Below are positions 1-8,249 of a stretch of DNA of 42,185 bases, piece after piece (within the stretch, counting starts at the first letter, position 1; each line of letters begins with the position of its first letter). The notes beneath the pieces are model-generated. The model saw nothing but the letters and a program-made list of their open reading frames with translations, did no database searches and was not told the origin of the DNA. Source of the stretch: Clostridia bacterium (lineage in GTDB: Bacteria > Bacillota > Clostridia > UMGS1883); the NCBI GenBank assembly GCA_017466275.1, contig JAFTUL010000008.1, positions 1 through 42,185 of the forward strand, written 5' to 3'. The position numbers and the translations under genes are program-made.

Positions 1-12
1 AAATATATTTTC

Positions 13-57
13 AAAAAAGCAACGGCTATTAAGTACCGCTTAATAGCCGTTGCTTTT
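13..57 (-). terminator. Rho-independent terminator downstream of argH
   Basis: Perfect 19-bp stem AAAAGCAACGGCTATTAAG (15-33) / CTTAATAGCCGTTGCTTTT (39-57) with a 5-nt loop. On the minus strand it lies ~10 nt after the argH stop (67-69) and runs into a T-tract. Confidence 0.85.
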
Positions 58-66
58 CATAATTAG

Positions 67-1449
67 TTATATAGATTTATTCAAAAAAGCTTTTATATAT
101 TCAATCTGTACTTCAATTGATGCAACTGATGTGCCACCTGCGGAAATACGCTTTTCGGCACAATTTTTAAGGTCGATTTCAGCATATAAGTCTTCCTCGA
201 AAAGGTTATCAAATTCCTTGTATTCGGGAAGAGTAAGCGTTTCAAGTGTTTTGCCCTCGGCAACACATTTGCCTACAATCTGACCAACTGTCTTATACGC
301 ACTGCGGAAAGGCTGACCTTTTTTTACAAGATAGTCTGCAAGGTCTGTTGCATTTATGAAGCCCTCACCTGCAGCGGCATACATCTTGTCTTTTCTTACG
401 GACATTGTTTCAATCATAGGAGCAAATACGCTGAGGCATTTTTTAACGGTCTCGCTACTGTCAAATATTGCTTCCTTATCCTCCTGCATATCCTTATTGT
501 ATGCAAGTGGAATACCCTTTAAGATTGTCAGCATTGCCATAAGGTCACCGTACACTATGCCGGTTTTCCTGCGGACAAGCTCTGCCATATCGGGGTTTTT
601 CTTCTGGGGCATAATTGATGAACCCGTTGTGTAAGAATCGTCAAGCTCAACGAATTTGAATTCCCAGGATGACCACAAAATTACTTCCTCTGCAAAACGG
701 GAAAGGTGTGTCATAATAAGAGCAAATGCACTCATAAGCTCCACGCAGAAATCACGGTCGGAAACGCCATCAATACTGTTTAATGTAATTCCGTCAAAAC
801 CGAGAAGCTTCGCTGTCATTTCGCGGTCGGTTTCGTAGGTTGTACCTGCCAACGCACAAGAGCCGAGGGGGGAGAAGTTCATTCTTTTTACGGCATCCTC
901 AATTCTGCCCATATCACGAATAAACATCATTGCATAGGCACAAAGGTGATGTGCAAACATAATCGGTTGCGCACGCTGAAGGTGTGTATAACCGGGGAGA
1001 ATTGTTTCCTTGTTTGCCTCTGCCTGCACTAAAATAGCACCTAAAAGCTTTTTTATAAGTGCAATGATTTCCTGTGCTTCATCACGCATAAAAAGGCGGA
1101 TATCGAGAGCAACCTGGTCATTACGGCTGCGTGCTGTGTGTAATCTTTTACCCACGTCACTGATTCTTTTGGTAAGCTCTGGTTCAACAAACATATGAAT
1201 ATCTTCCGCATCAAAATCGAACGCAAGTTTTCCGTCGTTAAGGTCGGAAAGAATTTCTTTAAGTCCCTTTATAATTGTATCACAGTCACTCTGTGAAATT
1301 ATGTTGCACGCTGCCAGCATTGTTGCATGTGCAATAGAGCCTTCAATATCCTGCTTATACATTTTGCAGTCAAAATGTATGGAAGAGTTAAAATCGTCAG
1401 CTTCTTTATCGAGGGCTTTGGAGAAACGCCCTGCCCACATCTTATCCAT
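67..1449 (-). CDS. argH: Argininosuccinate lyase
   Basis: 460-aa ORF with N-terminus MDKMWAGRFSK and the fumarate-lyase family signature GSSIMPQKKNPD. Lies directly downstream of argG. Confidence 0.97.
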   Translation of the reverse strand: MDKMWAGRFSKALDKEADDFNSSIHFDCKMYKQDIEGSIAHATMLAACNIISQSDCDTIIKGLKEILSDLNDGKLAFDFDAEDIHMFVEPELTKRISDVGKRLHTARSRNDQVALDIRLFMRDEAQEIIALIKKLLGAILVQAEANKETILPGYTHLQRAQPIMFAHHLCAYAMMFIRDMGRIEDAVKRMNFSPLGSCALAGTTYETDREMTAKLLGFDGITLNSIDGVSDRDFCVELMSAFALIMTHLSRFAEEVILWSSWEFKFVELDDSYTTGSSIMPQKKNPDMAELVRRKTGIVYGDLMAMLTILKGIPLAYNKDMQEDKEAIFDSSETVKKCLSVFAPMIETMSVRKDKMYAAAGEGFINATDLADYLVKKGQPFRSAYKTVGQIVGKCVAEGKTLETLTLPEYKEFDNLFEEDLYAEIDLKNCAEKRISAGGTSVASIEVQIEYIKAFLNKSI

Positions 1450-1473
1450 TAAAACACCTACTTTAAAGTATTA

Positions 1474-1496
1474 GGCTGGTGACAGTGTCACCAGCC
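1474..1496 (-). other. Intercistronic GC-rich hairpin between argG and argH
   Basis: 10-bp perfect stem GGCTGGTGAC / GTCACCAGCC with a 3-nt loop, 18 nt after the argG stop. No clear U-tract on the minus strand, so a processing/stability element or weak attenuator is more likely than a full terminator. Confidence 0.4.
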
Positions 1497-1514
1497 ACAA
1501 ATTTTAGTTTAGAA

Positions 1515-2741
1515 TTATTTATTCTTGTTCTGAGCGTCAACCATAGCCTGCACTGCAATGGGAAGACCGTAAAGGTTGATAAAGCCTTCAGAATCCTTCT
1601 GGTTATAGTCGCTTTCGCCGAATGTTGCAATTTCTTCAGAGTAAAGAGAGTAATCGCTCCATACACCTGCGTTAATCATATTACCCTTGTAGAGCTTAAG
1701 TCTTACCTTACCGGTAACCTTTTCCTGAGTTTTGTCAACGAATGCACTGAGAGCCTCACGAAGAGGTGTAAACCACTGACCGTTGTAAACAAGCTCTGCA
1801 AAGGTGATGGAAAGCTTCTGCTTTTCGTGGAGAGTCATCTTGTCAAGGCAGATTGATTCGAGAACGCTGTGTGCCTTGTAAAGGATTGCACCACCGGGAG
1901 TTTCGTAAACACCACGGCACTTCATACCTACAAGACGGTTTTCAACGATGTCAAGAAGACCGATACCGTTCTTTCCACCAACTTCATTGAGGGCAAGGAT
2001 AATTTCCTTTGCACTCATTTTTTTGTCGTTGAAAGCTACGGGAACACCCTGCTCAAAGTCAAGTGTGATATATGTGGGTTCATCGGGAGCCATAATGGGA
2101 GATACGCCCATTTCAAGGAAACCGGGCTTCTCATACTGCGGCTCATTACCTGTATCCTCGAGGTCAAGACCCTCGTGAGAAAGGTGCCAGAGGTTCTTAT
2201 CCTTGGAATAGTTTGTTTCACGGTTAATCTTAAGAGGAACAGTGTGTGCTTCTGCATATTCGATTTCCTCTTCACGGGACTTGATATCCCAGATTCTCCA
2301 GGGTGCGATAATGGGCATCTTGGGAGCAAAGTGCTTGATAGCAAGCTCAAAACGAACCTGGTCATTACCCTTACCTGTACAGCCGTGGCAGATTGCATCT
2401 GCACCCTCTTTAAGAGCTATTTCAACAAGACCTTTTGCAATGCAGGGACGTGCATGGCTTGTGCCGAGAAGATATTCCTCGTATACTGCACCTGCCTTCA
2501 TTGTGGGGATGATGTATTCATCTACATACTCTTCTGTAAGGTCAAGTACATAAAGCTTGGAAGCACCTGTCTTTAATGCCTTTTCTTCAAGACCGTCAAG
2601 TTCGTCATTCTGTCCTACATTACCTGCAACTGCGATAACTTCACAGTTGTTGTAGTTTTCCTTAAGCCACGGAATAATAATTGATGTGTCAAGTCCGCCG
2701 GAATAGGCGAGAACTACTTTTTTAATATCTTTTTTATCCAT
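1515..2741 (-). CDS. argG: Argininosuccinate synthase
   Basis: 408-aa ORF with the N-terminal ATP-PPase motif [11 protein letters not shown]. Strong RBS AAAGGAGAT 7-8 nt upstream of the ATG. Confidence 0.97.
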   Translation of the reverse strand: MDKKDIKKVVLAYSGGLDTSIIIPWLKENYNNCEVIAVAGNVGQNDELDGLEEKALKTGASKLYVLDLTEEYVDEYIIPTMKAGAVYEEYLLGTSHARPCIAKGLVEIALKEGADAICHGCTGKGNDQVRFELAIKHFAPKMPIIAPWRIWDIKSREEEIEYAEAHTVPLKINRETNYSKDKNLWHLSHEGLDLEDTGNEPQYEKPGFLEMGVSPIMAPDEPTYITLDFEQGVPVAFNDKKMSAKEIILALNEVGGKNGIGLLDIVENRLVGMKCRGVYETPGGAILYKAHSVLESICLDKMTLHEKQKLSITFAELVYNGQWFTPLREALSAFVDKTQEKVTGKVRLKLYKGNMINAGVWSDYSLYSEEIATFGESDYNQKDSEGFINLYGLPIAVQAMVDAQNKNK

Positions 2742-3055
2742 TTTAATAATCTCCTTTTTTTAGCCGAAACAACCAATACTGAATGCGCCTTAAACGGCGA
2801 AATTTTGGCAGTTTTCGGCTTGTCGTCTTTATAATGCACAAAGCATTATTGCATCCTCCGTACCAAAAACTGCAAAAAATTTCGCTCGTTTAAGGTCGAA
2901 GAATTTTACAATAGCAGATTTTTGTCTGTGCAAGGCAAAAACGGAGCAAATATTCGTTATATTTGCGAGTATTTTAACACAGCAGAGGCGGAAATCTGCA
3001 TTATAAAATCGCATTTAGTGTTGGTTGCTTCGGCTATCAATCTTTCATTGAAAAC

Positions 3056-3084
3056 AGTATAACACTAAATGTATAATTATGCAA
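3056..3084 (-). promoter_or_regulatory. Putative sigma-A promoter of argGH (-35 TTGCAT, 17-nt spacer, -10 TATACT on the minus strand)
   Basis: The minus strand reads TTGCAT (3084-3079), a 17-nt spacer, then TATACT (3061-3056). The same -35 and its flanks recur upstream of argC at 13497-13502. Confidence 0.5.
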
Positions 3085-3091
3085 GTCTTTT

Positions 3092-3156
3092 TGCATAAAA
3101 ATTCATAAATTTTTGAATATTCGTGCATAAATTATAATTTTATGCACGAATATTCA
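3092..3156. promoter_or_regulatory. Cluster of ARG-box-like (ArgR/AhrC operator) sequences, including an 18-bp perfect inverted repeat
   Basis: TGCATAAAAATTCA (3092-3105) fits the ARG-box pattern TGAAT-W4-ATKCA in reverse orientation. TGAATATTCGTGCATAAA (3114-3131) and its exact reverse complement (3139-3156) flank a 7-nt spacer. The cluster sits just upstream of the argG promoter and just after the carB stop. Confidence 0.55.
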
Positions 3157-3161
3157 TTTTT

Positions 3162-6100
3162 TTAATACTCGTAGATACCTTCAAATACCTTTTCAGCATC
3201 ACCGGTTAAGAATACGCCCTCGTCGGTATAACGAACGATAAGCTCGCCGCCCTCAACCCTTACGGAAATGTCGGTATCCTTTTCACAGTATCCGTTTTCA
3301 ACTGCCGCAATAGCTGCTGCACAGGCACCAGTACCGCACGCAGGTGTTTCACCGTTACCGCGTTCCCATACTCTCATTCTGATTGTACGCTTGTCAATAA
3401 TCTTTACAAACTCTGTATTAATACGCTCGGGGAAGATAGGTGCGTTTTCAAAACGGGGACCGATTGTGGGAACATCAATGTTGTATACGTTGTCACAGAT
3501 AACAACACAATGGGGATTACCGATTGAAAGACAGGTAATGTCGTACTTCTTACCACCGATTGTAACGGTTTCGTTTATAATCTTGTCACCGGGCATATCC
3601 ACGGGGATAGCCGCAGGTGAAAATTCTGCATCGCCCATCTGAACTGTTACACTTGTAACCTTTCTGTCGAAGAGGTGGAGAGTCAGCTTTCTGACACCGC
3701 TTGCAGTTTCAACTGTGATATGACGGTGCGATACATACCCATTATCCCAGAGGTACTTACCTACACAGCGGATAGCGTTACCTGCCATTCTGCCCTCACT
3801 ACCGTCGGTGTTGAATATACGCATCTTGGCATCTGCAACCTCAGACTTTTCAATAAGAACAAGTCCGTCTGCGCCGATACCTCTGCGACGGTCACTAAAC
3901 ACAATTGCAAGTGCTTCGGGGAATTTGATGCTTCCGTCAAAGTTATTGATGAATATATAGTCGTCGCCTGTACCTTCCATCTTGATGAAAGGAATGTTAA
4001 GCTTCTCTGTACGGAGCTTTGCAATGTCTGTAAGCTCTGTATTGTACTGGTTGAAACGGCTTAAGAGAATGTCAGCCAATGCATGTGCAGTATCAAGAGA
4101 GGTAAGACACGCAATGCTGAGCTGAAGTGCCCTGCGGTGAAGTCTTATAAACTTCTCAATTTCCTTGGGACGGCCGGAGTTGGTATGGATTATATAACCA
4201 ATCTTTTCGCTTTCAAGGAGTGAGTAAATCTTTTCACCCTCAACAGTTTCAACTGGAATACCGAGAGAATCAATGATAAGTGCATTCTTTTCATCGGCAT
4301 AGATTTCAAGTCCTGCATCAGAAAGCTTCTTTGCAAGCTCGATAAGGTCATACTTATCCTTGGAATCAACGCTGATATATACTCCGCCACGGCTTTCAAG
4401 GTTGAAGCCTGCGGAAATGAGTCCCTTGAAGAGTGCTTCATTAAGAGTCTTACCAATACCTAAAACTTCACCTGTGGACTTCATTTCAGGTCCTAAGATG
4501 GAGTTGATGCCTGAAAGCTTCTCAAATGAGAACACGGGAACTTTAACGGCATAGTAGGGGGGCATCTTGTAAAGTCCGCTTCCATATCCGAGGGAAAGGA
4601 GAGGTGCTCCCTGCATAACCTGTGTTGCAAGGTCAATCATAGGAATGCCTGTTACTTTACTGATATAAGGAACTGTTCTTGACGCTCTGGGGTTAACTTC
4701 AATAACATAAAGTTCGTTGTCATATACAACATACTGAATATTGATAAGTCCCTGTGTCTTAAGGGAAAGTGCCAGCTTTGTTGAGCAGTCAACAATCTTG
4801 TCAAGCATCTTGTCAGTTATATTGAAGGGAGGATATACAGCAATGGAGTCACCGCTGTGTACACCTGCACGCTCAACGTGTTCCATAATACCTGGGATAA
4901 GAACATCCTTACCGTCACTTATAATATCAACTTCAAGCTCTTTACCCATCATATATTTATCAACGAGAACGGGGTTCTCAATCTTCTGTGAAAGGATGAT
5001 GTCCATATACTGGATAACATCCTCTTCCTTGTAAGCAATTGTCATATTCTGACCGCCGATTACATAGGAGGGACGGAGAAGTACGGGGTAGCCGAGCTTT
5101 TCAGCAGCTTCGAGGGCTTCTTCCTTAGCCATTACGGAAAGACCGCTGGGACGCTTGATATCAAACTTTTCAAGGAGTGCATCGAACTGTTCGCGGTCCT
5201 CCGCCATATCGATACTCTTTGCAGAAGTACCAAGAATCTTGATTCCGCTTTCGTCAAGGAATTTAACAAGCTTGATAGCTGTCTGTCCGCCGAATGCAAC
5301 AACTACGCCCTCAGGCTTTTCAACCTCAATAACATTCATTACATCCTCGGGAGTGAGAGGCTCGAAATAAAGCCTGTCCGCTGTGTCAAAGTCAGTAGAA
5401 ACTGTTTCGGGGTTGTTATTAATGATAATAACCTCATACCCCATTTCCTTAAGTGCCCATACACAATGAACGGAGGAGTAGTCGAATTCGATACCCTGAC
5501 CGATTCTTATAGGACCGGAGCCGAGAACGATAACCTTTTTATTATCAGTAGAAACTGCTCTTGCTTCACAGTCTTCGTCATATGTTGAGTAGAAATAAGG
5601 CGTCTTTGCCTTGAATTCGCCACCGCAGGTGTCAACCATCTTGTAAACACAGTTCTTGTGTGCAGGGCATTTGCAACCGCTGATTTCCTCAAGGGCTTTG
5701 TCTGTAAAGCCAAGCTTTTTACCCTTTTCGTAAAGCTCGGGAGTAAGGTTTCCGCGGATGCTCTTTTCGAAGTCTACAATATTTTTAATCTTGGAAAGGA
5801 ACCACTTGTCAATTCTTGTGATTTCGTTGATTCTGTCAATTGTAATTCCTCTAACCAACGCTTCGTAAACAGTGAAAATTCTAAGGTCGTCAAGGTCATA
5901 AAGCTTCTTTTCAATATCTTCAATAGCCTGAACTTCCTTGTGCTGGAGAGTTTCTGTCTTAAGCTCTGCACCTCTTACAGCCTTCATAAGAGCTGATTCA
6001 AAGGAGTTACCGATAGACATAACCTCACCGGTAGCCTTCATCTGTGTGCCGAGCTTTCTGTCAGCATACACAAACTTGTCAAAGGGCCACTTGGGGAACT

Positions 6101-7166
6101 TAACTACCATATAGTCAACTGCAGGCTCGAAGCAAGCGTATGTTACGCCGGTAACATCATTTTTGATTTCATCAAGTGTGTAGCCCAGTGCAATCTTTGT
6201 AGTAACCTTTGCAATGGGGTAACCAGTTGCCTTACTTGCAAGGGCGGAAGAACGAGATACACGGGGGTTAACCTCGATTACCGCATATTCAAAGCTGTCG
6301 GGATTAAGAGCAAACTGACAGTTACAGCCACCTTCAATCTTAAGCTCTGTGATAATATCAAGTGCCGCTTTTCTGAGCATTGAATATTCTTTATCGGAAA
6401 GAGTTGCCGCAGGAGCAACAACTATACTGTCGCCTGTGTGAATACCAACGGGGTCAACATTTTCCATACTGCAGATGGTGATTGCATTGCCTGCATGGTC
6501 GCGCATAACCTCGAACTCTACTTCTTTCCAGCCGTAGATGTACTTTTCAATAAGTACCTGCGTAATGGGGGAAAGAGTAAGACCGTTGTTTGCAATCTTT
6601 GCAAGAGTATCGGCATCGTATGCAACACCGCCGCCTGCACCACCGAGGGTGAATGCGGGACGAACTATTACGGGGTAGCCGATTTTCTCTGCAATGCTGA
6701 GACATTCATCAACTGTTGTAGCAATGTCGGACGGAATACAACCCTGACCGATTTTGAGCATTGTTTCCTTGAAAAGCTCACGGTCCTCTGCACGGTCAAT
6801 AGCCTCAGCATTTGTACCGATAAGCTTAACGCCCATTTTGTCAAGGTAGCCTTCCTTGTCAAGCTGCATTGCAATTGTAAGACCTGTCTGTCCACCAAGG
6901 GATGCAAGGAGACTGTCGGGTCTTTCCTTTTCAATGATTCTCTTTATTGTATCTGCTGTAAGAGGCTCAAGATAGATTTCATCTGCAAGAGCCTTATCTG
7001 TCATAATTGTAGCAGGGTTGGAGTTTACAAGAACGATATTAACTCCCTCATCACGGAGGACACGGCAAGCCTGAGCGCCTGCGTAGTCAAATTCGGCAGC
7101 CTGTCCGATAACGATAGGGCCTGAACCGATAACGAGTACCTTTTTGATGTCTTTATTTTTAGGCAT
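3162..7166 (-). CDS. carB: Carbamoyl-phosphate synthase large subunit fused in frame to a C-terminal diaminopimelate epimerase (DapF) domain
   Basis: Residues ~1-1055 are colinear with CarB: two ATP-grasp repeats and an MGS-like tail ending ...TSLDTAHALADILLSRF. The last ~279 aa (nt 3165-4001) carry DapF hallmarks FIKMEGTGDDYIFI, GNAIRC, GNPHCV and ACGTGACA. No stop codon or RBS lies at the junction. Preferred start is ATG 7166 (MPKNKDIKKVLVIGSGPI) with RBS GGAGGAA 6 nt upstream; the ORF track extends to 7181. Confidence 0.9.
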   Translation of the reverse strand: MPKNKDIKKVLVIGSGPIVIGQAAEFDYAGAQACRVLRDEGVNIVLVNSNPATIMTDKALADEIYLEPLTADTIKRIIEKERPDSLLASLGGQTGLTIAMQLDKEGYLDKMGVKLIGTNAEAIDRAEDRELFKETMLKIGQGCIPSDIATTVDECLSIAEKIGYPVIVRPAFTLGGAGGGVAYDADTLAKIANNGLTLSPITQVLIEKYIYGWKEVEFEVMRDHAGNAITICSMENVDPVGIHTGDSIVVAPAATLSDKEYSMLRKAALDIITELKIEGGCNCQFALNPDSFEYAVIEVNPRVSRSSALASKATGYPIAKVTTKIALGYTLDEIKNDVTGVTYACFEPAVDYMVVKFPKWPFDKFVYADRKLGTQMKATGEVMSIGNSFESALMKAVRGAELKTETLQHKEVQAIEDIEKKLYDLDDLRIFTVYEALVRGITIDRINEITRIDKWFLSKIKNIVDFEKSIRGNLTPELYEKGKKLGFTDKALEEISGCKCPAHKNCVYKMVDTCGGEFKAKTPYFYSTYDEDCEARAVSTDNKKVIVLGSGPIRIGQGIEFDYSSVHCVWALKEMGYEVIIINNNPETVSTDFDTADRLYFEPLTPEDVMNVIEVEKPEGVVVAFGGQTAIKLVKFLDESGIKILGTSAKSIDMAEDREQFDALLEKFDIKRPSGLSVMAKEEALEAAEKLGYPVLLRPSYVIGGQNMTIAYKEEDVIQYMDIILSQKIENPVLVDKYMMGKELEVDIISDGKDVLIPGIMEHVERAGVHSGDSIAVYPPFNITDKMLDKIVDCSTKLALSLKTQGLINIQYVVYDNELYVIEVNPRASRTVPYISKVTGIPMIDLATQVMQGAPLLSLGYGSGLYKMPPYYAVKVPVFSFEKLSGINSILGPEMKSTGEVLGIGKTLNEALFKGLISAGFNLESRGGVYISVDSKDKYDLIELAKKLSDAGLEIYADEKNALIIDSLGIPVETVEGEKIYSLLESEKIGYIIHTNSGRPKEIEKFIRLHRRALQLSIACLTSLDTAHALADILLSRFNQYNTELTDIAKLRTEKLNIPFIKMEGTGDDYIFINNFDGSIKFPEALAIVFSDRRRGIGADGLVLIEKSEVADAKMRIFNTDGSEGRMAGNAIRCVGKYLWDNGYVSHRHITVETASGVRKLTLHLFDRKVTSVTVQMGDAEFSPAAIPVDMPGDKIINETVTIGGKKYDITCLSIGNPHCVVICDNVYNIDVPTIGPRFENAPIFPERINTEFVKIIDKRTIRMRVWERGNGETPACGTGACAAAIAAVENGYCEKDTDISVRVEGGELIVRYTDEGVFLTGDAEKVFEGIYEY

Positions 7167-8211
7167 TCTTGCTTCCTCCAATCATTTCAAAAAATTTGTT
7201 GTACAGAAAGTTTGTTTCGTTGGGTCCGTCACCGGCAATGGGATGGAACTGAATTGAAACTGCATTCTTTCCGTTATATTCAATACCCTCACAGCTCTTG
7301 TCGTTAAGGTTTTCATAAGTAACTGTTGCACATTCAGGAAGTGTATCAGTTACAACTGTATAGCTGTGATTCTGGCTTGTTATATAAACACGACCTGTTT
7401 CTATCTCTCTAACGGGCTGGTTTGCACCTCTGTGTCCGTAGGTAAGCTTTTCAACCTTTGCACCGTTTGCCATTGCAAGGAGCTGGTGACCAAGGCCTGT
7501 TGCGAAGATGGGCTTTTTACCGAAAACTTCCTTAATAACATTTATAGCATCTATCATATCCTCAGGATTTCCGGGACCGTCGGAAAGGTAAACCGCATCA
7601 TAGGATAAAAGCTCGTCCGCTTTTGTGTTATAGGGGAGAACAGTAACTGTTGCACCTTTGTCAGCAAGTGTCTTAACGGCTGACTTGGTAGTACCGAAGT
7701 CAAGGAGAGCAATTTTTGCATCTCCGTCACCAACTGTGTACTTTTCCTTGGTGCTGACAATTGAAACTGCATCCTTTGTATCAAAGGCGGTAAGATTTGC
7801 ACCGTTAGGCTCTTTTGTGGTGATGCGGGCGGTCATTGTACCCTCTTCACGGATAATCTTGGTGATTTCTCTCGTGTCGATTCCGCATATACCCATAATG
7901 CCCTGTTCTTTAAGGAAATTATCTAAAGTTCCCTCACAGCGGAAGTTTGAGGGCATATCACAGATTTCACGAACAATATATCCCTTTAAATGCACCTTTT
8001 CACTTTCCATATCGGAGTAAATCATACCGTAGTTACCGATAAGGGGATATGTCTGAACAAGAATCTGTCCGTAGTAGCAAGGGTCTGTAAGAGCTTCAAT
8101 ATAGCTTCCCATAGATGTGGAAAAGACGATTTCGCCGGTTTCCTCTGTTACTGCACCGAAGCTTTCACCACAGAAAACTTTTCCGTTTTCCAGAATCAAA
8201 TATGCTTTCAT
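7159..8211 (-). CDS. carA: Carbamoyl-phosphate synthase small subunit with a degenerate glutaminase triad
   Basis: 350-aa ORF colinear with CarA (LSDGPGNP, ...GLGHQLLAMANGA..., QNHSY, QFHP). The nucleophile position reads ATGLGHQ instead of GICLGHQ, and HPE is replaced by HPI. Confidence 0.92.
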   Translation of the reverse strand: MKAYLILENGKVFCGESFGAVTEETGEIVFSTSMGSYIEALTDPCYYGQILVQTYPLIGNYGMIYSDMESEKVHLKGYIVREICDMPSNFRCEGTLDNFLKEQGIMGICGIDTREITKIIREEGTMTARITTKEPNGANLTAFDTKDAVSIVSTKEKYTVGDGDAKIALLDFGTTKSAVKTLADKGATVTVLPYNTKADELLSYDAVYLSDGPGNPEDMIDAINVIKEVFGKKPIFATGLGHQLLAMANGAKVEKLTYGHRGANQPVREIETGRVYITSQNHSYTVVTDTLPECATVTYENLNDKSCEGIEYNGKNAVSIQFHPIAGDGPNETNFLYNKFFEMIGGSKNA

Positions 8212-8249
8212 ATAACCATGCCTTTCTGAATTTTAGTATAATAATTGGC

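Noticed and set aside
2829-3014. 61-aa minus-strand ORF inside the argG leader, considered as a possible leader peptide.
   Set aside because: - There is no Shine-Dalgarno before its ATG.
- The sequence is not enriched in Arg codons, and its composition looks non-coding.
2742-3055. T-box riboswitch in the argG leader.
   Set aside because: - I could not find the conserved T-box sequence (…GGGUGGNACCGCG…), an AGAGA/GNUGGNA stem-I pattern, or a terminator/antiterminator pair with a U-tract.
- Only a loose UGGUACGG match is present.
3114-3156. The 18-bp perfect inverted repeat considered as a MITE/IS terminal repeat, or as a canonical terminator.
   Set aside because: - It is a single copy with no flanking direct repeats and no transposase nearby.
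- On the minus strand (the transcribed one) it is not followed by a U-tract.
- Its arms match ARG-box-like sequences, so an operator interpretation is preferred.
3999-4004. An AAGCTT (HindIII) site sits exactly at the CarB-DapF junction, and another at the rhaA deletion junction (35907-35912). This raised the thought of an engineered or cloning-derived join.
   Set aside because: AAG-CTT (Lys-Leu) is a favoured codon pair in this genome, and the hexamer occurs many times throughout the window inside ordinary genes, so the coincidence is not informative.
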